A stretch of DNA of 36,402 bases from the NCBI GenBank assembly GCA_030631665.1, contig DAOVKU010000003.1:1-36402 (forward strand), in the 5' to 3' direction. A model generated the notes under the pieces. The model saw only the letters and a program-made list of their open reading frames with translations, searched no databases and was not told the DNA's origin. Position numbers and translations under genes: made by a program. Positions 26,116 through 36,401 of this stretch are shown piece after piece (position 1 is the stretch's first letter; every line of letters begins with the position of its first letter). Source of the stretch: Candidatus Omnitrophota bacterium. Lineage in GTDB: Bacteria > Omnitrophota > Gorgyraeia > DAOVKU01.

Positions 26116-26231
26116 TCAATGAGACCACAATTTATGAAGTGTTAGCGCACATAAATTGTATGGTCGAATTGATCCCGTCGAATGCTCTAAAATTATCGCA
26201 GAGAATTTTAGGGCAGTTTATGAGCCGGGAT
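26116..26231. repeat. Two adjacent long imperfect hairpins in the radA-PIN/TRAM intergenic region
   Basis: tcaat..gacc-acaatttatg / cataaattgt-at-ggtc..attga; then atcccg..tgctctaaaatt / aattttagggca..cgggat. Confidence 0.65.
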
Positions 26232-26295
26232 ATATATTATTATAGTAATCTTATATAAATAAACTTCAAAATTACAAATTAACTTTTAGTATCCG

Positions 26296-27675
26296 TTATC
26301 CAAAAACTACTTTAAGGGCTTCCTTAATATGGCCAACTCCAAGAAGCTGTAGATTGCCCTTAAAATCCAGGTTTTTTAAGTTGCTCCGCGGCAAAACACA
26401 TCTTTTAAAGCCTAACTTTTGGGATTCTATGATACGCAGTCTAATCCCGCTAACAGCTCTAACTTCTCCGCCCAACCCAACTTCACCTAACACCACATCA
26501 TCTTTAGAAATAGGGGCATCTTTGTAACTGGAAGCTGCACTCATAATAACACCTAAATCGGTAGCGGGTTCATTTATTTTTATTCCTCCGGCTACGTTGA
26601 CAAAAACATCTCTATTACTAAGTTTAAAATTTGCCCTTTTTTCTAAAACAGCCAGGAGCAAAGAGACTTTATTATAATCAAGACCTGTGGTTCTTCGTGC
26701 CGGATTCCCAAAAACAGAAGAGCCAACCAAGGCTTGAATCTCTACCAGAAGAGGCCTGGAGCCCTCAAGACAGGGAACCACTACAGAGCCGGGGCTATCC
26801 TGAGGCCTTTCCGACAAAAGAAGTTCAGAAGGATTAATGACTTCTTTTAAACCCTTTGAAGTCATTTCAAAAACCCCGATTTCGTTAGTAGGCCCAAATC
26901 TATTTTTAACTGCGCGCAAAAGCCTAAAAGAGGTGTGCCTTGCCCCTTCAAAATAAAGAACGGTGTCAACAGTATGCTCCAGAACTCGCGGCCCCGCAAT
27001 GGCACCTTCCTTGGTTACATGTCCGATTAAAAAAATAGAAATACCCGTAGATTTTGCCAGATAGGTCAACTGCCCGGCACACTCTTTTACCTGAGAAATG
27101 CTGCCGGGAACTGAACCCAACTCCGGCCTATAAACAATCTGTATGGAATCCATAATAACTACCCTGGGCAAAAATTTCCTTATATGTTCTAAAATCACCG
27201 ATAAATTTGTTTCGTTGACAATATAAAGTTCGTCAGAGCTTATACCTAACCTCTGAGCCCGCATCTTGGTCTGATGAACGGATTCCTCTCCGCAAACATA
27301 AAGAACAGGCCCATTCTTAAGACTCAAATTGTGACTCATTTGAAGAAGAAGGGTAGATTTACCGATGCCGGGTTCACCACCTACCAAAACTACCGAACCC
27401 GCTACAATGCCTCCGCCTAAAATTCTATCCAGTTCAGATATTCCTGTGATAAATCTCTCTTTTTCCTTAACATCTACTTTGCTTATCTGCATTGGGCTGC
27501 TCGCAGATTGAGGCGCAATGGCCTGCCTTGAATTAGAAGCCATGGGGGGCGCCACCACCTCTTCTACAAAACTATTCCATTGTTGACATTCGGGACATTT
27601 GCCGGCCCATTTCGGAGAACGAAAACCGCATTCCTGACAAACATATATAGTTTTTACTTTCATTCCGCTCTTCAT
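26296..27675 (-). CDS. radA: DNA repair protein RadA/Sms
   Basis: C4 zinc finger, GEPGIGKSTLL, KNRFG, Lon-like C-terminus. Confidence 0.98.
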   Translation of the reverse strand: MKSGMKVKTIYVCQECGFRSPKWAGKCPECQQWNSFVEEVVAPPMASNSRQAIAPQSASSPMQISKVDVKEKERFITGISELDRILGGGIVAGSVVLVGGEPGIGKSTLLLQMSHNLSLKNGPVLYVCGEESVHQTKMRAQRLGISSDELYIVNETNLSVILEHIRKFLPRVVIMDSIQIVYRPELGSVPGSISQVKECAGQLTYLAKSTGISIFLIGHVTKEGAIAGPRVLEHTVDTVLYFEGARHTSFRLLRAVKNRFGPTNEIGVFEMTSKGLKEVINPSELLLSERPQDSPGSVVVPCLEGSRPLLVEIQALVGSSVFGNPARRTTGLDYNKVSLLLAVLEKRANFKLSNRDVFVNVAGGIKINEPATDLGVIMSAASSYKDAPISKDDVVLGEVGLGGEVRAVSGIRLRIIESQKLGFKRCVLPRSNLKNLDFKGNLQLLGVGHIKEALKVVFG

Positions 27676-27695
27676 TTTTTTTTAATTTTGTTCCT

Positions 27696-28484
27696 TTAAA
27701 AAAACAGGCTTTCTTTTTTATCTCGCTTCTTTTTGTCGGTTTCCTTTTCTTTATCTTTGGCGGTATCTTTCTTTTTCTCTTTTGTCTTAAAGAAAAGTTT
27801 CCAGGGATGTTTCTTTATATCTTCTACCAGCGCTTCCGTGTCGCGGTAAATTTTATCGTCGTTTATCAGTTTACCGATAGTTCCCTCGCCCTCATCTATC
27901 TTTGTCAAAATAGAATTGGCTTTTTTACTAATTCCTTCAAGATTCTTAATGCTTCCTCTCAAAGAATCTTGAATGTCCGGTTCGCCTATAACAGCATTAA
28001 TTGAATTGATTGTTTCGACCAGGTCTTTGGCTACCTTGTTTATAGATTCAGCTGCATCTTCGATAGAAAAAGGATCCTCACCAAAAAGTGTATCTCCGTC
28101 TTTTAGGGCCGGATTAGCAATAGAGCCGGGGGTAAACTCTAAACATTTCTCGCCCAGAATGCCAAGTGTTTTTATTTTGGCAAAAGAATTTTCTCTTAAG
28201 ATAGTTTTGCCGCGTATCCAAACATCTACATCAACCTGAGTTTTCTTTAAATTTTTATTATAAAAAATCTCCATCTTTTTAATTTCTCCGATCTCCACGC
28301 CGGAAAGATTAACCGGAGCACCGACATCTATACCGCTTACGTAATTAAAAATAACGTGTATATTATAGCCCGGCTTGAAAAATTTGAAATTTTCTATCTT
28401 AAAAATCATAATCGTTAAAACGACCAAACCCATAATAACAAAAGTGCCAACCTTCAATTCAAAATTAATTTTACCGGGACTCAT
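27696..28484 (-). CDS. mlaD: MCE/MlaD family protein
   Basis: N-terminal TM, GAPVNLSGVEIG, GILGEK, GEGTIGKLI, HPWKL. Confidence 0.9.
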   Translation of the reverse strand: MSPGKINFELKVGTFVIMGLVVLTIMIFKIENFKFFKPGYNIHVIFNYVSGIDVGAPVNLSGVEIGEIKKMEIFYNKNLKKTQVDVDVWIRGKTILRENSFAKIKTLGILGEKCLEFTPGSIANPALKDGDTLFGEDPFSIEDAAESINKVAKDLVETINSINAVIGEPDIQDSLRGSIKNLEGISKKANSILTKIDEGEGTIGKLINDDKIYRDTEALVEDIKKHPWKLFFKTKEKKKDTAKDKEKETDKKKRDKKESLFF

Positions 28485-28509
28485 TTTTTAATCCCCCTTT
28501 TTTAAAAAC

Positions 28510-28603
28510 CAGAAATCAGATATTAGAAAACAGAAGACAGATAACAAACGATAGAAAAACAAAAGTTTTTTTCTGGCTTTCTGCTTCTGACCTCTGCCCT
28601 CTG
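28510..28603. repeat. Inverted 7-bp-periodic array (CAGA-nnn repeats facing TCTG-nnn repeats)
   Basis: CAGA/TAGA/CAAA at 28510, 28517, 28524, 28531, 28538, 28545, 28552; TCTG at 28572, 28580, 28586, 28593, 28600. Confidence 0.8.
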
Positions 28604-29380
28604 TTACAAAAAGTTTCTTTTTATTTCTTCGCCTTCTGTTATGGGGCCAACTGCTTCCCCATGAATAAACTGCTGTACTACTTTGTTAGAGCTTCTTTTT
28701 ATTTCATCAGGCGTACCGACTTCAATAATTTTACCTTTATATAACATGGCTATTCTATCTGCTATTTTGTAGGCACTAACCATATCATGTGTTACAGCTA
28801 TTGAAGTTATCTGCAATTTATCGTGTAAATGAATTATTAAATCATTTATGGCATCAGCCATTATGGGGTCAAGGCCGGTGGTCGGTTCATCATAAAGAAC
28901 GATAGCCAGGCTTGGAGAACAAATAGCTCTAGCTAAACCCACTCTTTTTTGCATGCCCCCTGAAATCTCGGAGGGCTTAAGGTTTTCGATGCCGTGAAGA
29001 CCGACCAATTCAAGGCTGGTTTTGACCTTCCCGGCACTTTCTGCCTCCGAAAGTTTTGTGTGTTCAGTTAACAAAAAACCGACATTTTCTCCGACCGTCA
29101 TAGAGTCAAAAAGCGCGGAGCCCTGAAAAAGCATGCTCATCTTCATTCTAAGCTTATTTAAGCTTTCCTCGTTGAGGACGGCGATGTTTTTTTCATCCTC
29201 AATAATTACCTGGCCTGAATCAGGCTTAAGAAGACCAATAATGTGTTTTAGTAGAACGCTTTTCCCACAGCCGGAACGGCCAATAACAACCATGGTTTCG
29301 CCCTTTCTAACACTCAAATTTAATTCGTCTAATACCTTAAGACCGCCAAAACTCTTGCTTAAATTTATTATTTCAATCAT
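28604..29380 (-). CDS. mlaF: ABC transporter ATP-binding protein, MlaF family
   Basis: GRSGCGKS, FQGSALFDS, ISGGMQKR, YDEPTTGLDP, VTHD. Confidence 0.93.
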   Translation of the reverse strand: MIEIINLSKSFGGLKVLDELNLSVRKGETMVVIGRSGCGKSVLLKHIIGLLKPDSGQVIIEDEKNIAVLNEESLNKLRMKMSMLFQGSALFDSMTVGENVGFLLTEHTKLSEAESAGKVKTSLELVGLHGIENLKPSEISGGMQKRVGLARAICSPSLAIVLYDEPTTGLDPIMADAINDLIIHLHDKLQITSIAVTHDMVSAYKIADRIAMLYKGKIIEVGTPDEIKRSSNKVVQQFIHGEAVGPITEGEEIKRNFL

Positions 29381-29382
29381 TT

Positions 29383-30186
29383 TTACCCAAAAGCAAAATA
29401 GAAAAGTGTCGTGAAAAGACAGTCACCGGCTATTATCAAAATAAAAGAAACAACTACGGCCGAAGTTGTCGATTTTCCAACGCCTTCGGCCCCGCCTTCC
29501 GTAGTTAAACCTTGGTAGCAACCTATAATGGCAATAACAATAGCAAAAAAGACGGATTTAATTAAACCGGTAAAAATATCTTTTAATACCAAATAATCAA
29601 AACTCATCTTCAAATACATAACAGAGCCCACTTTGAGTTTCCATACCCCAACTATATATCCTCCCAGCATGCCTATGGCATCTGAATAAACTGTCAGAAG
29701 AGGCAGCATAATTATCAGCGCCACCAGGCGCGGGGTAACAAGATATTTAATAGGATTAGTAGCCAGGGTTTGAAGGGCATCTATCTGTTCGGTAACTTTC
29801 ATCGTTCCCAGTTCTGCTGAAATAGACGCTCCCACTCTACCGGCAATAATCAAGGCTGTCAAAACAGGGCCCAATTCTCTGGTCATGGAAAGTGCTACCA
29901 GTCTCGCCGCATACATCTCGCCTGAAATCGCCCGAAGCGCATAAGCGCTCTGAAGAGCTAAAACGATACCGGTAAATAAAGATATCAGGAAAACGATTGA
30001 GAAGCTATTTACTCCAATAAAGTTTGCCTGTTGAAAAATAGATCCCATTTTGAAGGGGGGCTTGAAAGCAAAATAAAAAGCCTTTCCCGTCAGAACCGAA
30101 ACCTCGCCCACATAATGAATAGCGGAAGTTACTCTCTTCCCGACTTTTTTAAGAAACCTATCTATTTTTTTGTTTAATTTAAGCAT
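29383..30186 (-). CDS. mlaE: ABC transporter permease, MlaE family
   Basis: RELGPVLTA, GRVGASISAELGTMKVTEQIDAL, GGAEGVG. Confidence 0.95.
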   Translation of the reverse strand: MLKLNKKIDRFLKKVGKRVTSAIHYVGEVSVLTGKAFYFAFKPPFKMGSIFQQANFIGVNSFSIVFLISLFTGIVLALQSAYALRAISGEMYAARLVALSMTRELGPVLTALIIAGRVGASISAELGTMKVTEQIDALQTLATNPIKYLVTPRLVALIIMLPLLTVYSDAIGMLGGYIVGVWKLKVGSVMYLKMSFDYLVLKDIFTGLIKSVFFAIVIAIIGCYQGLTTEGGAEGVGKSTTSAVVVSFILIIAGDCLFTTLFYFAFG

Positions 30187-31905
30187 TTAAAACTTTGTTC
30201 CGTGCTTTAAGCCGAAAAATTCCTTATCTTTTTCAAAACGCATCAACAAAAAACGGTTTCCGTGTAATTTATACTCCAATTCCATGGCCGCCTCTTCTTC
30301 GGTTAAATTCTGTGTTTCTTTATTGACAAAAGTCTCGAAACCAATTTTTAAGTTTTCGCTAAATGCTCTTTTCATGGTAAACCCTGATTGATCGCTGCGA
30401 CGGCTGATATCCCATCCGTCGAGAATAATGGTCTTTTCATCACTCAAGACTTTGATGTCATTAAAAAATTCCGCAGGTTCAGCTTTTCTTAAATCAATCT
30501 TGCCGTCCAAAATAAAAAAGCCGCCTTCCTCTCTATAAATTCTGGAATCGTGTAAAGTTAAAATAGGATATTTGTCTTTAAGATTTACATTGGCACTTGC
30601 AAATTTTACACCCAGAAGACTCCCTTTTTTGCTCTCAAGAGTAACTTTAATCGTTGGATTAAATAAATTGCCTTCTACGTAAATTTTCCCACTCACCTTC
30701 CCTTCCAATAAAGGAGGCTCTCCGTTAGCTTGGTTAGATGAAGGTAAAAAGCGCGCCGAATCCATTTCCTTAATTTTCCAGACTAAGTTAATCTCAGGCG
30801 GATGTTTACTAAAATCAATTGTGCCGCTGGCAAAATGTTCCAAGCCCCACCTGGCCCAGATAATATTTAAAAGACTGTCTTTATAATCACAAAAAACTTC
30901 TAACTCATCAAGGGGCTGCTGATCTATTATAGTTCCATGAGTTGAAACTTTACATGTAAAGCGCCTCTTCTCTTCCTCATCCTTAAACAATTTCCCCCTG
31001 GCCCGAAGAAGACTAATTATGTCCCGACCCAAGAGATTAAAATGATTGAAATTTAAGCTCAATAAAAATGGTCTCGGGGCCGTTTCATTTAAAGAAACAT
31101 TATCGGTTAAAGCAAAATCAACAGTCAGTGATTTTTTTTCTTGCCCGGGGCAAAAGATTTTAGCGGTAAATTTATCGGTTTTAAAATCGTAAGAACCTTC
31201 GGCCAAATAAAATTGATTGAAGCTGGCATCTTTAATTTTAATCTTTTCATCTGAAATATTCAATAAACTTTTAAAATCGATTTTTTTCTCATCCAATACA
31301 AACACTTGACCCTCAAGTTCCAATTCCCTTAAAGGGCCTTCTATGTTAAAAGTTGTTTTGGTAACTCCTTTTGTGTATGTAAATTCTAAGTCTAACTTGG
31401 GAATACCTTCTTCGGTTATTTTCCCTGCTAAAGATAGTTTATCCGCCTTATGCCCGGCTATTAAATTAATTTGCTTTATCTGTCTTTTATCAACTATAAC
31501 CTTTCCCCCTATTTGAGTAAGCATTGGCGTGTGTGAATTGAAATATAATCTGCCATCGCTGAGCACAAGCACCAACTCTTTATAGCCAAAAACTTGAGCC
31601 AGAAACAAATCCCAGATGCGGTAATTGGGCAGAACAGCATTAGCCTGAAAAGAGGCAAGGCGGCAACCGTTTTTTTTGCGTAAAATATGAATATTTTCAA
31701 AAGTCAGGGGGCTTATAATCCCTCCGCCAATTTTTTCAATCCCAACCTCTATATTAAAATCCCTGGCTATTCTTTTCTGGACATAAACCTTAAAATTATT
31801 TAAAAGAAGCGGCCCCACTACTGTCAATAGACAAATAATTAAAGCTATTAATGAGGTAATAAAAATTAACCGCAAACGACGCTTTTTTAAAAAAATGTAT
31901 CTCAT
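30187..31905 (-). CDS. Inner-membrane-anchored beta-rich protein, probably AsmA/TamB-like
   Basis: Basic N-terminus plus a single TM, then a long run of amphipathic beta strands (e.g. GKVSGKIYVEGNLFNP), ending in Phe. The family assignment is inferred. Confidence 0.55.
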   Translation of the reverse strand: MRYIFLKKRRLRLIFITSLIALIICLLTVVGPLLLNNFKVYVQKRIARDFNIEVGIEKIGGGIISPLTFENIHILRKKNGCRLASFQANAVLPNYRIWDLFLAQVFGYKELVLVLSDGRLYFNSHTPMLTQIGGKVIVDKRQIKQINLIAGHKADKLSLAGKITEEGIPKLDLEFTYTKGVTKTTFNIEGPLRELELEGQVFVLDEKKIDFKSLLNISDEKIKIKDASFNQFYLAEGSYDFKTDKFTAKIFCPGQEKKSLTVDFALTDNVSLNETAPRPFLLSLNFNHFNLLGRDIISLLRARGKLFKDEEEKRRFTCKVSTHGTIIDQQPLDELEVFCDYKDSLLNIIWARWGLEHFASGTIDFSKHPPEINLVWKIKEMDSARFLPSSNQANGEPPLLEGKVSGKIYVEGNLFNPTIKVTLESKKGSLLGVKFASANVNLKDKYPILTLHDSRIYREEGGFFILDGKIDLRKAEPAEFFNDIKVLSDEKTIILDGWDISRRSDQSGFTMKRAFSENLKIGFETFVNKETQNLTEEEAAMELEYKLHGNRFLLMRFEKDKEFFGLKHGTKF

Positions 31906-31961
31906 TTTCGATTCTCGATATTTGCAAAACTAGCATTTAGAATTTAACTCTTTAGTAAAAA

Positions 31962-34421
31962 CTATTTAGTTTTAAAAGTAAGCCTGTCTTTTTCTCTGAT
32001 AACTTTTATTTTCTGCCCTTTCTTAAGTTCTCCCTCTAGTACCTGCTGCGCCAAAGGGTTTTCAATATAACGAGTAATGGTTCTCTTAAGAGGCCTGGCT
32101 CCATAAATGAAATTAAAACCTTTTTCAATTAAGAACTCTTTCGCCTCTGGACTCAATTCAATAATTATTTCCAGTTCTTTAAGTCTCGTTTTGACTTCGG
32201 CAATTTCTATATCTACTATCTTTTGCAATTGTGCTTTGGTAAAAGGATGGAAGACAATAATATCGTCGATTCGATTCAAAAATTCAGGTTTAAATGTCTT
32301 CTTAACCTGATCCAGCAATTTATCTTTCATTTCTTTAAAGCTCGATTTTTCCTTTTCGGATTTAAAACCTATTGAACCTTGCTTGCGGAGCAATTCTGCG
32401 CCGATATTTGAAGTCATAACTAGAATCGTATTTTTAAAATCAACCTTTCTTCCGAAGCTGTCTGTCAACCGGCCTTCTTCTAAAACTTGAAGCAGAATAT
32501 TAAAAACATCCGGGTGTGCCTTTTCTATCTCATCCAGTAAAACTACCGAATACGGCCTTCGCCTGACCCTCTCGGTCAACTGCCCGCCCTCCTCATAACC
32601 GACATAGCCGGGAGGAGCACCAACTAACCTGCTAACATTAAAACGTTCCATGTATTCTGACATATCAAGTTGAATAATGGCTTCTTCGTCTCCGAACATA
32701 AATTCAGCCAGTGCTCGAGCCAAAAGAGTCTTCCCCACGCCTGTGGGACCAAGAAAAACAAATGAACCAATTGGGCGACGAGGATTCTTTAAGCCCGCCC
32801 TTGAACGCCTGATAGCATTGGCGATAACTGAAATGGCTTCGTCCTGTCCAACCACGCGTTTATGAAGACCTTCTTCTGCGTGTATTAAACGTTCTGTTTC
32901 CTTCTGCTCCAGCCTTGAAAGTGGAATGCCTGTCCATTTAGAGACAATGTGGGCGATGTCTTCGGCTGTAACTACTTTCTCGCTATCCATCTTTTTCTTG
33001 CTCCAGGCCCTTCTGGCCTCTTCCATTTCCCTGCGCGCTTCTCTTTCCTGGTCTCTTAAGTTGGCTGCTTTCTCAAAATCTTGCGCCACTACTGCCTCTT
33101 CTTTTTGTTTTCTTAGAGCCTTTGCTTTCTTCTCAAGTTCTTTTAAAATGGGCGGGCTGATCATTGATTGCAGTTTAACTCTCGAACCTGCTTCATCCAT
33201 TAAATCTATAGCCTTATCAGGTAAGAATCGGCCGGTTATATATCTATCGGAAAGTCTGGCGGCGGCTTCCAGAGCCTCATCCTTTATTTTTACTTTATGA
33301 TGAGTTTCATATCGTTCTCTCAGGCCTTTTAAAATTTCCATAGTCTGTTCCACTGTAGGAGGATTGACAATTATAGTTTGAAAGCGCCGCTCAAGGGCAG
33401 CATCTTTCTCAATGTTCTTCCTATATTCATTCAATGTCGTGGCGCCTATACATTGAACTTCTCCTCGCGATAAAGCCGGTTTTAAAATATTGGACGCATC
33501 TATGGCACCTTCAGCTCCCCCAGCTCCGACCAACGTATGAATTTCATCAATAAAAACAATTATATTTTCTGCTTGCTTGATTTCATCCAGGATGGCTTTT
33601 ATTCTTTCTTCAAACTGCCCGCGATATTTCGTGCCGGCTACCATCAAAGCCAGGTCAATGGCAATTATTCTTTTATCAGTTAATATCTCAGGTATATCCA
33701 TTTTGATTATTTTCTGCGCTAGCCCTTCTACAATAGCTGTCTTACCCACGCCGGCTTCCCCTAAAAGAACGGGGTTATTTTTTGTTCTACGGCCCAAAAT
33801 TTGAATAAGCCGCTCAATCTCCGGCTCTCTGCCAATGACCGGGTCTAATTTACCATCTTTGGCCAATTTTGTAAGGTCTCTACCAAAGGCATCTACAGCC
33901 GGCGTTTTTGATTTTTGCGCCGGAGGCGCATTTGTGTTGCCGCCGGGAGTAGTTCCCCACTGTGAAAATGAAAAACCAGGAGTGGCAGAACCCAAAAGGC
34001 CCATTATCTCCGCTCGAACTTTGTTTAAATCCAGGCCAAGATTAACAAGAACCTGGCTGGCAATGCCTTCGCCTTCTCTAAGCAGTCCCAAAAGGAGATG
34101 CTCTGTTCCAATATAATTGTGTTCCAGACTACGCGCTTCGTCCATAGCCAGTTCTATAACTTTTTTAGACCTTGGCGTAAAAGGCATATCACTAACCATT
34201 TTAGTTGCAGGACCTGTTTTTACCAATTTTTCCACTTCAAGCCGAATTTTACGCAGGCCCAAATTCATATTTTGCAAAACCACCGCAGCTACGCCTTGTC
34301 CTTCTTTTACCAAACCAAGTAAAATGTGTTCCGTGCCAATATAATCGTGATTAAGACGTTTGGCCTCTTCCTTGGCAAGTATAATTACTTTTCTAGCTCT
34401 TTCTGTGAAACGCTCAAACAT
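31962..34421 (-). CDS. clpC: ATP-dependent Clp protease ATP-binding subunit ClpC
   Basis: [12 protein letters not shown], duplicated Clp-N, GEAGVGKT and GPTGVGKT Walker A motifs, UVR/M-domain [11 protein letters not shown]. Confidence 0.98.
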   Translation of the reverse strand: MFERFTERARKVIILAKEEAKRLNHDYIGTEHILLGLVKEGQGVAAVVLQNMNLGLRKIRLEVEKLVKTGPATKMVSDMPFTPRSKKVIELAMDEARSLEHNYIGTEHLLLGLLREGEGIASQVLVNLGLDLNKVRAEIMGLLGSATPGFSFSQWGTTPGGNTNAPPAQKSKTPAVDAFGRDLTKLAKDGKLDPVIGREPEIERLIQILGRRTKNNPVLLGEAGVGKTAIVEGLAQKIIKMDIPEILTDKRIIAIDLALMVAGTKYRGQFEERIKAILDEIKQAENIIVFIDEIHTLVGAGGAEGAIDASNILKPALSRGEVQCIGATTLNEYRKNIEKDAALERRFQTIIVNPPTVEQTMEILKGLRERYETHHKVKIKDEALEAAARLSDRYITGRFLPDKAIDLMDEAGSRVKLQSMISPPILKELEKKAKALRKQKEEAVVAQDFEKAANLRDQEREARREMEEARRAWSKKKMDSEKVVTAEDIAHIVSKWTGIPLSRLEQKETERLIHAEEGLHKRVVGQDEAISVIANAIRRSRAGLKNPRRPIGSFVFLGPTGVGKTLLARALAEFMFGDEEAIIQLDMSEYMERFNVSRLVGAPPGYVGYEEGGQLTERVRRRPYSVVLLDEIEKAHPDVFNILLQVLEEGRLTDSFGRKVDFKNTILVMTSNIGAELLRKQGSIGFKSEKEKSSFKEMKDKLLDQVKKTFKPEFLNRIDDIIVFHPFTKAQLQKIVDIEIAEVKTRLKELEIIIELSPEAKEFLIEKGFNFIYGARPLKRTITRYIENPLAQQVLEGELKKGQKIKVIREKDRLTFKTK

Positions 34422-34444
34422 TAACTAATAACCTCCTTAAATCA

Positions 34445-34516
34445 CAGAAGTCAGAAAACAGAAATCAGAAAAAACCTTTTATTTTTTATCTTCTGTCCTC
34501 TGTTATCTGTATTCTG
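34445..34516. repeat. Inverted 7-bp-periodic array (4x CAGA, 4x TCTG)
   Basis: CAGA at 34445, 34452, 34459, 34466; TCTG at 34492, 34499, 34506, 34513. Confidence 0.8.
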
Positions 34517-34521
34517 GTGTT

Positions 34522-35571
34522 CTATTTTAATCTTTTCCTTATCAGCTGCGCTCTTTTCATGTCCCTCTCCTCCGGCGTTAGCGCCCTTCCTTCTATTTTC
34601 TGCAGATGAGCCGGTTGAACTAAAACAAACAACTCATTAACCAAAGAACGGTTGATGCTTTTTACAAGCTCGAGGTCAACTCCTAATTTAAGCGTAGATA
34701 ATAAACTTATGGCTTCGCCGGAAGAGATAATGCGCGCATTCTTTAGTATACCATAAGCCCTGCAAATTTTATCTTCAACTTCCAATAAATTGTTTTTAAG
34801 TAATCTTATTCTTGAATCTCTTTCGTGATCGATAACCTGCTTTATAATGCGTTTTATATCATTGATTATATCCGTTTCGCTTCTTCCTAAAGTTATTTGA
34901 TTTGAAATCTGGAAAAAATTACCTGCGGCCTCGGTACCTTCCCCATAAAGGCCTCTGGCAGCAAAACTCAATTTGGTAATTGTCTCCAAAATCTTTTCTA
35001 TTCTTTTATTTATAACCAGGGTTGGTAAATGCAGCATAGCCGAAGCCCGCATACCAGTACCGGTATTGGTCGGACAAGCAGTCAAAAAACCCAGTTTGGA
35101 CGAATAAGCAAATCCGAGATTAGAGCTTAATTCATCATCTATTCTGTCAATAAGACGCCAACTCTCTGAGAAATCAAATCCAGGCTGGATTATCTGAAGA
35201 CGCAAGTGGTCCTCTTCATTAATCATGATAGAAAATACTTCTTTATCAGAAATGCATACTGCTCTTGGCCCTTTTTTGGCCGCTAATTCCCGGCTTATCA
35301 GTTGCCTTTCAAGCAAGAACTGTATATCAATGTTACTTAGTTCATCCAATTTCAAAAATAAAGATTTTTTAAAGCAACTACTCTTATCAATAGCTTTTTT
35401 TATCTTTTCTAAGACAGCCCGTTGATTCTTTTTATCGGCCCAATCAGTAAAAGGAAATTTCTTTAAATTTCTGGCCAATCTTATTCTGCTCGACATAACA
35501 ATGTCTGAATTGGCACCAGTTCCTTTAAGCCACTGCCCTGTATTTTTAAGTAGATCGTTTAATTTTGTCAT
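34522..35571 (-). CDS. mcsB: Protein arginine kinase
   Basis: SSRIRLARN, MINEEDHLR, LTACPTNTGTGMRAS, FQISNQITLG. Confidence 0.97.
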   Translation of the reverse strand: MTKLNDLLKNTGQWLKGTGANSDIVMSSRIRLARNLKKFPFTDWADKKNQRAVLEKIKKAIDKSSCFKKSLFLKLDELSNIDIQFLLERQLISRELAAKKGPRAVCISDKEVFSIMINEEDHLRLQIIQPGFDFSESWRLIDRIDDELSSNLGFAYSSKLGFLTACPTNTGTGMRASAMLHLPTLVINKRIEKILETITKLSFAARGLYGEGTEAAGNFFQISNQITLGRSETDIINDIKRIIKQVIDHERDSRIRLLKNNLLEVEDKICRAYGILKNARIISSGEAISLLSTLKLGVDLELVKSINRSLVNELFVLVQPAHLQKIEGRALTPEERDMKRAQLIRKRLK

Positions 35572-36064
35572 TCCTTTTTCTCTTCTGTAGTTCTTTTATT
35601 TTATCTCTTAATTTCACAGCTTCTTCAAATTCCTCTTTTTCTATGACCACATTTAATCTATGTTGAATTTGTTGAATTTCGCTTTGTTCTTTCAGGCGCC
35701 CTGAAATCTTTTTCGGCGATTTCCCAAAATGATGCACTGAGCCGTGAATCTTCTCTAAAAGCGGGAGGAGAGGCTTTCTGAACGTTTCGTAACACTGCGC
35801 ACACCCAAAGCGACCTGTCTTTTTGAAATCCTTAAATGTCATACCGCAACCGGGACAACTCTTAAGTGTTTTTTCTCTTTCTCCAACTTCTATGCCGAGA
35901 TCTATCAGGCCGGTTAATAAGTCAGCTATGCCGAATGATTGTGCGTCTACCATTCCTTTTTTCTTAGCACAATTCTCACAAAGGTGTACTTCAGTAGTTT
36001 TGCCGTTTACTATTTCAGTAACATGAACGGTTGCTCGTTTCTTCCCGCAAATTTCACAGAGCAT
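35546..36064 (-). CDS. mcsA: McsA, activator of McsB
   Basis: Four CxxC motifs and a C-terminal UVR domain (EEFEEAVKLRD). Confidence 0.95.
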   Translation of the reverse strand: MLCEICGKKRATVHVTEIVNGKTTEVHLCENCAKKKGMVDAQSFGIADLLTGLIDLGIEVGEREKTLKSCPGCGMTFKDFKKTGRFGCAQCYETFRKPLLPLLEKIHGSVHHFGKSPKKISGRLKEQSEIQQIQHRLNVVIEKEEFEEAVKLRDKIKELQKRKRNDKIKRST

Positions 36065-36401
36065 ATCTTACGCCTTCTTTTTTAGTGATTTCTCTAAAGG
36101 CCGAAATCAATTCTTTTGTAATTTTCCCCGGCTTGCCGTTGCCGATAATCCGCCCGTCAATTTTAACAACCGGTATAATCTCTGCAGCCGTACCTGTCAA
36201 AAAACACTCATTCGCGTTAAATAACTCGTGTCTTGTCAAGGTTGTCCTTTGGACTTCAATGCCCAGCTTCCGCCCCAGTTCAATTACTACGCCCCGGGTG
36301 ATGCCGCGCAAGGCCCCGTGATAAATAGGCGGTGTCTTTAAAATGCCCTTTCTTACAATAAAAATATTATCACCGCTGCATTCGGCTACATATCCATAAT
36401 T
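36054..36401 (-). CDS. ilvE: Branched-chain amino acid aminotransferase, C-terminal part (starts beyond the right edge)
   Basis: Frame is open to the edge: GYVAECSGDNIFIV...GALRGITR...ECFLTGTAAEIIPV (class IV aminotransferase). Confidence 0.9.
   Translation of the reverse strand, partial: NYGYVAECSGDNIFIVRKGILKTPPIYHGALRGITRGVVIELGRKLGIEVQRTTLTRHELFNANECFLTGTAAEIIPVVKIDGRIIGNGKPGKITKELISAFREITKKEGVRYAL

Noticed and set aside
31509-31700. 63-aa minus-strand ORF
   Set aside because: It is nested out of frame inside the 572-aa gene and has no motif support.
34445-34472. Heptamers upstream of clpC read as a CtsR operator
   Set aside because: They lack the 3-bp spacers and the consensus, and the same array type occurs at mlaF-mlaD.
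121-36321. All plus-strand ORFs in the track (60-140 aa)
   Set aside because: They are short and antisense to well-supported minus-strand genes or cross their junctions, with no recognisable motifs.
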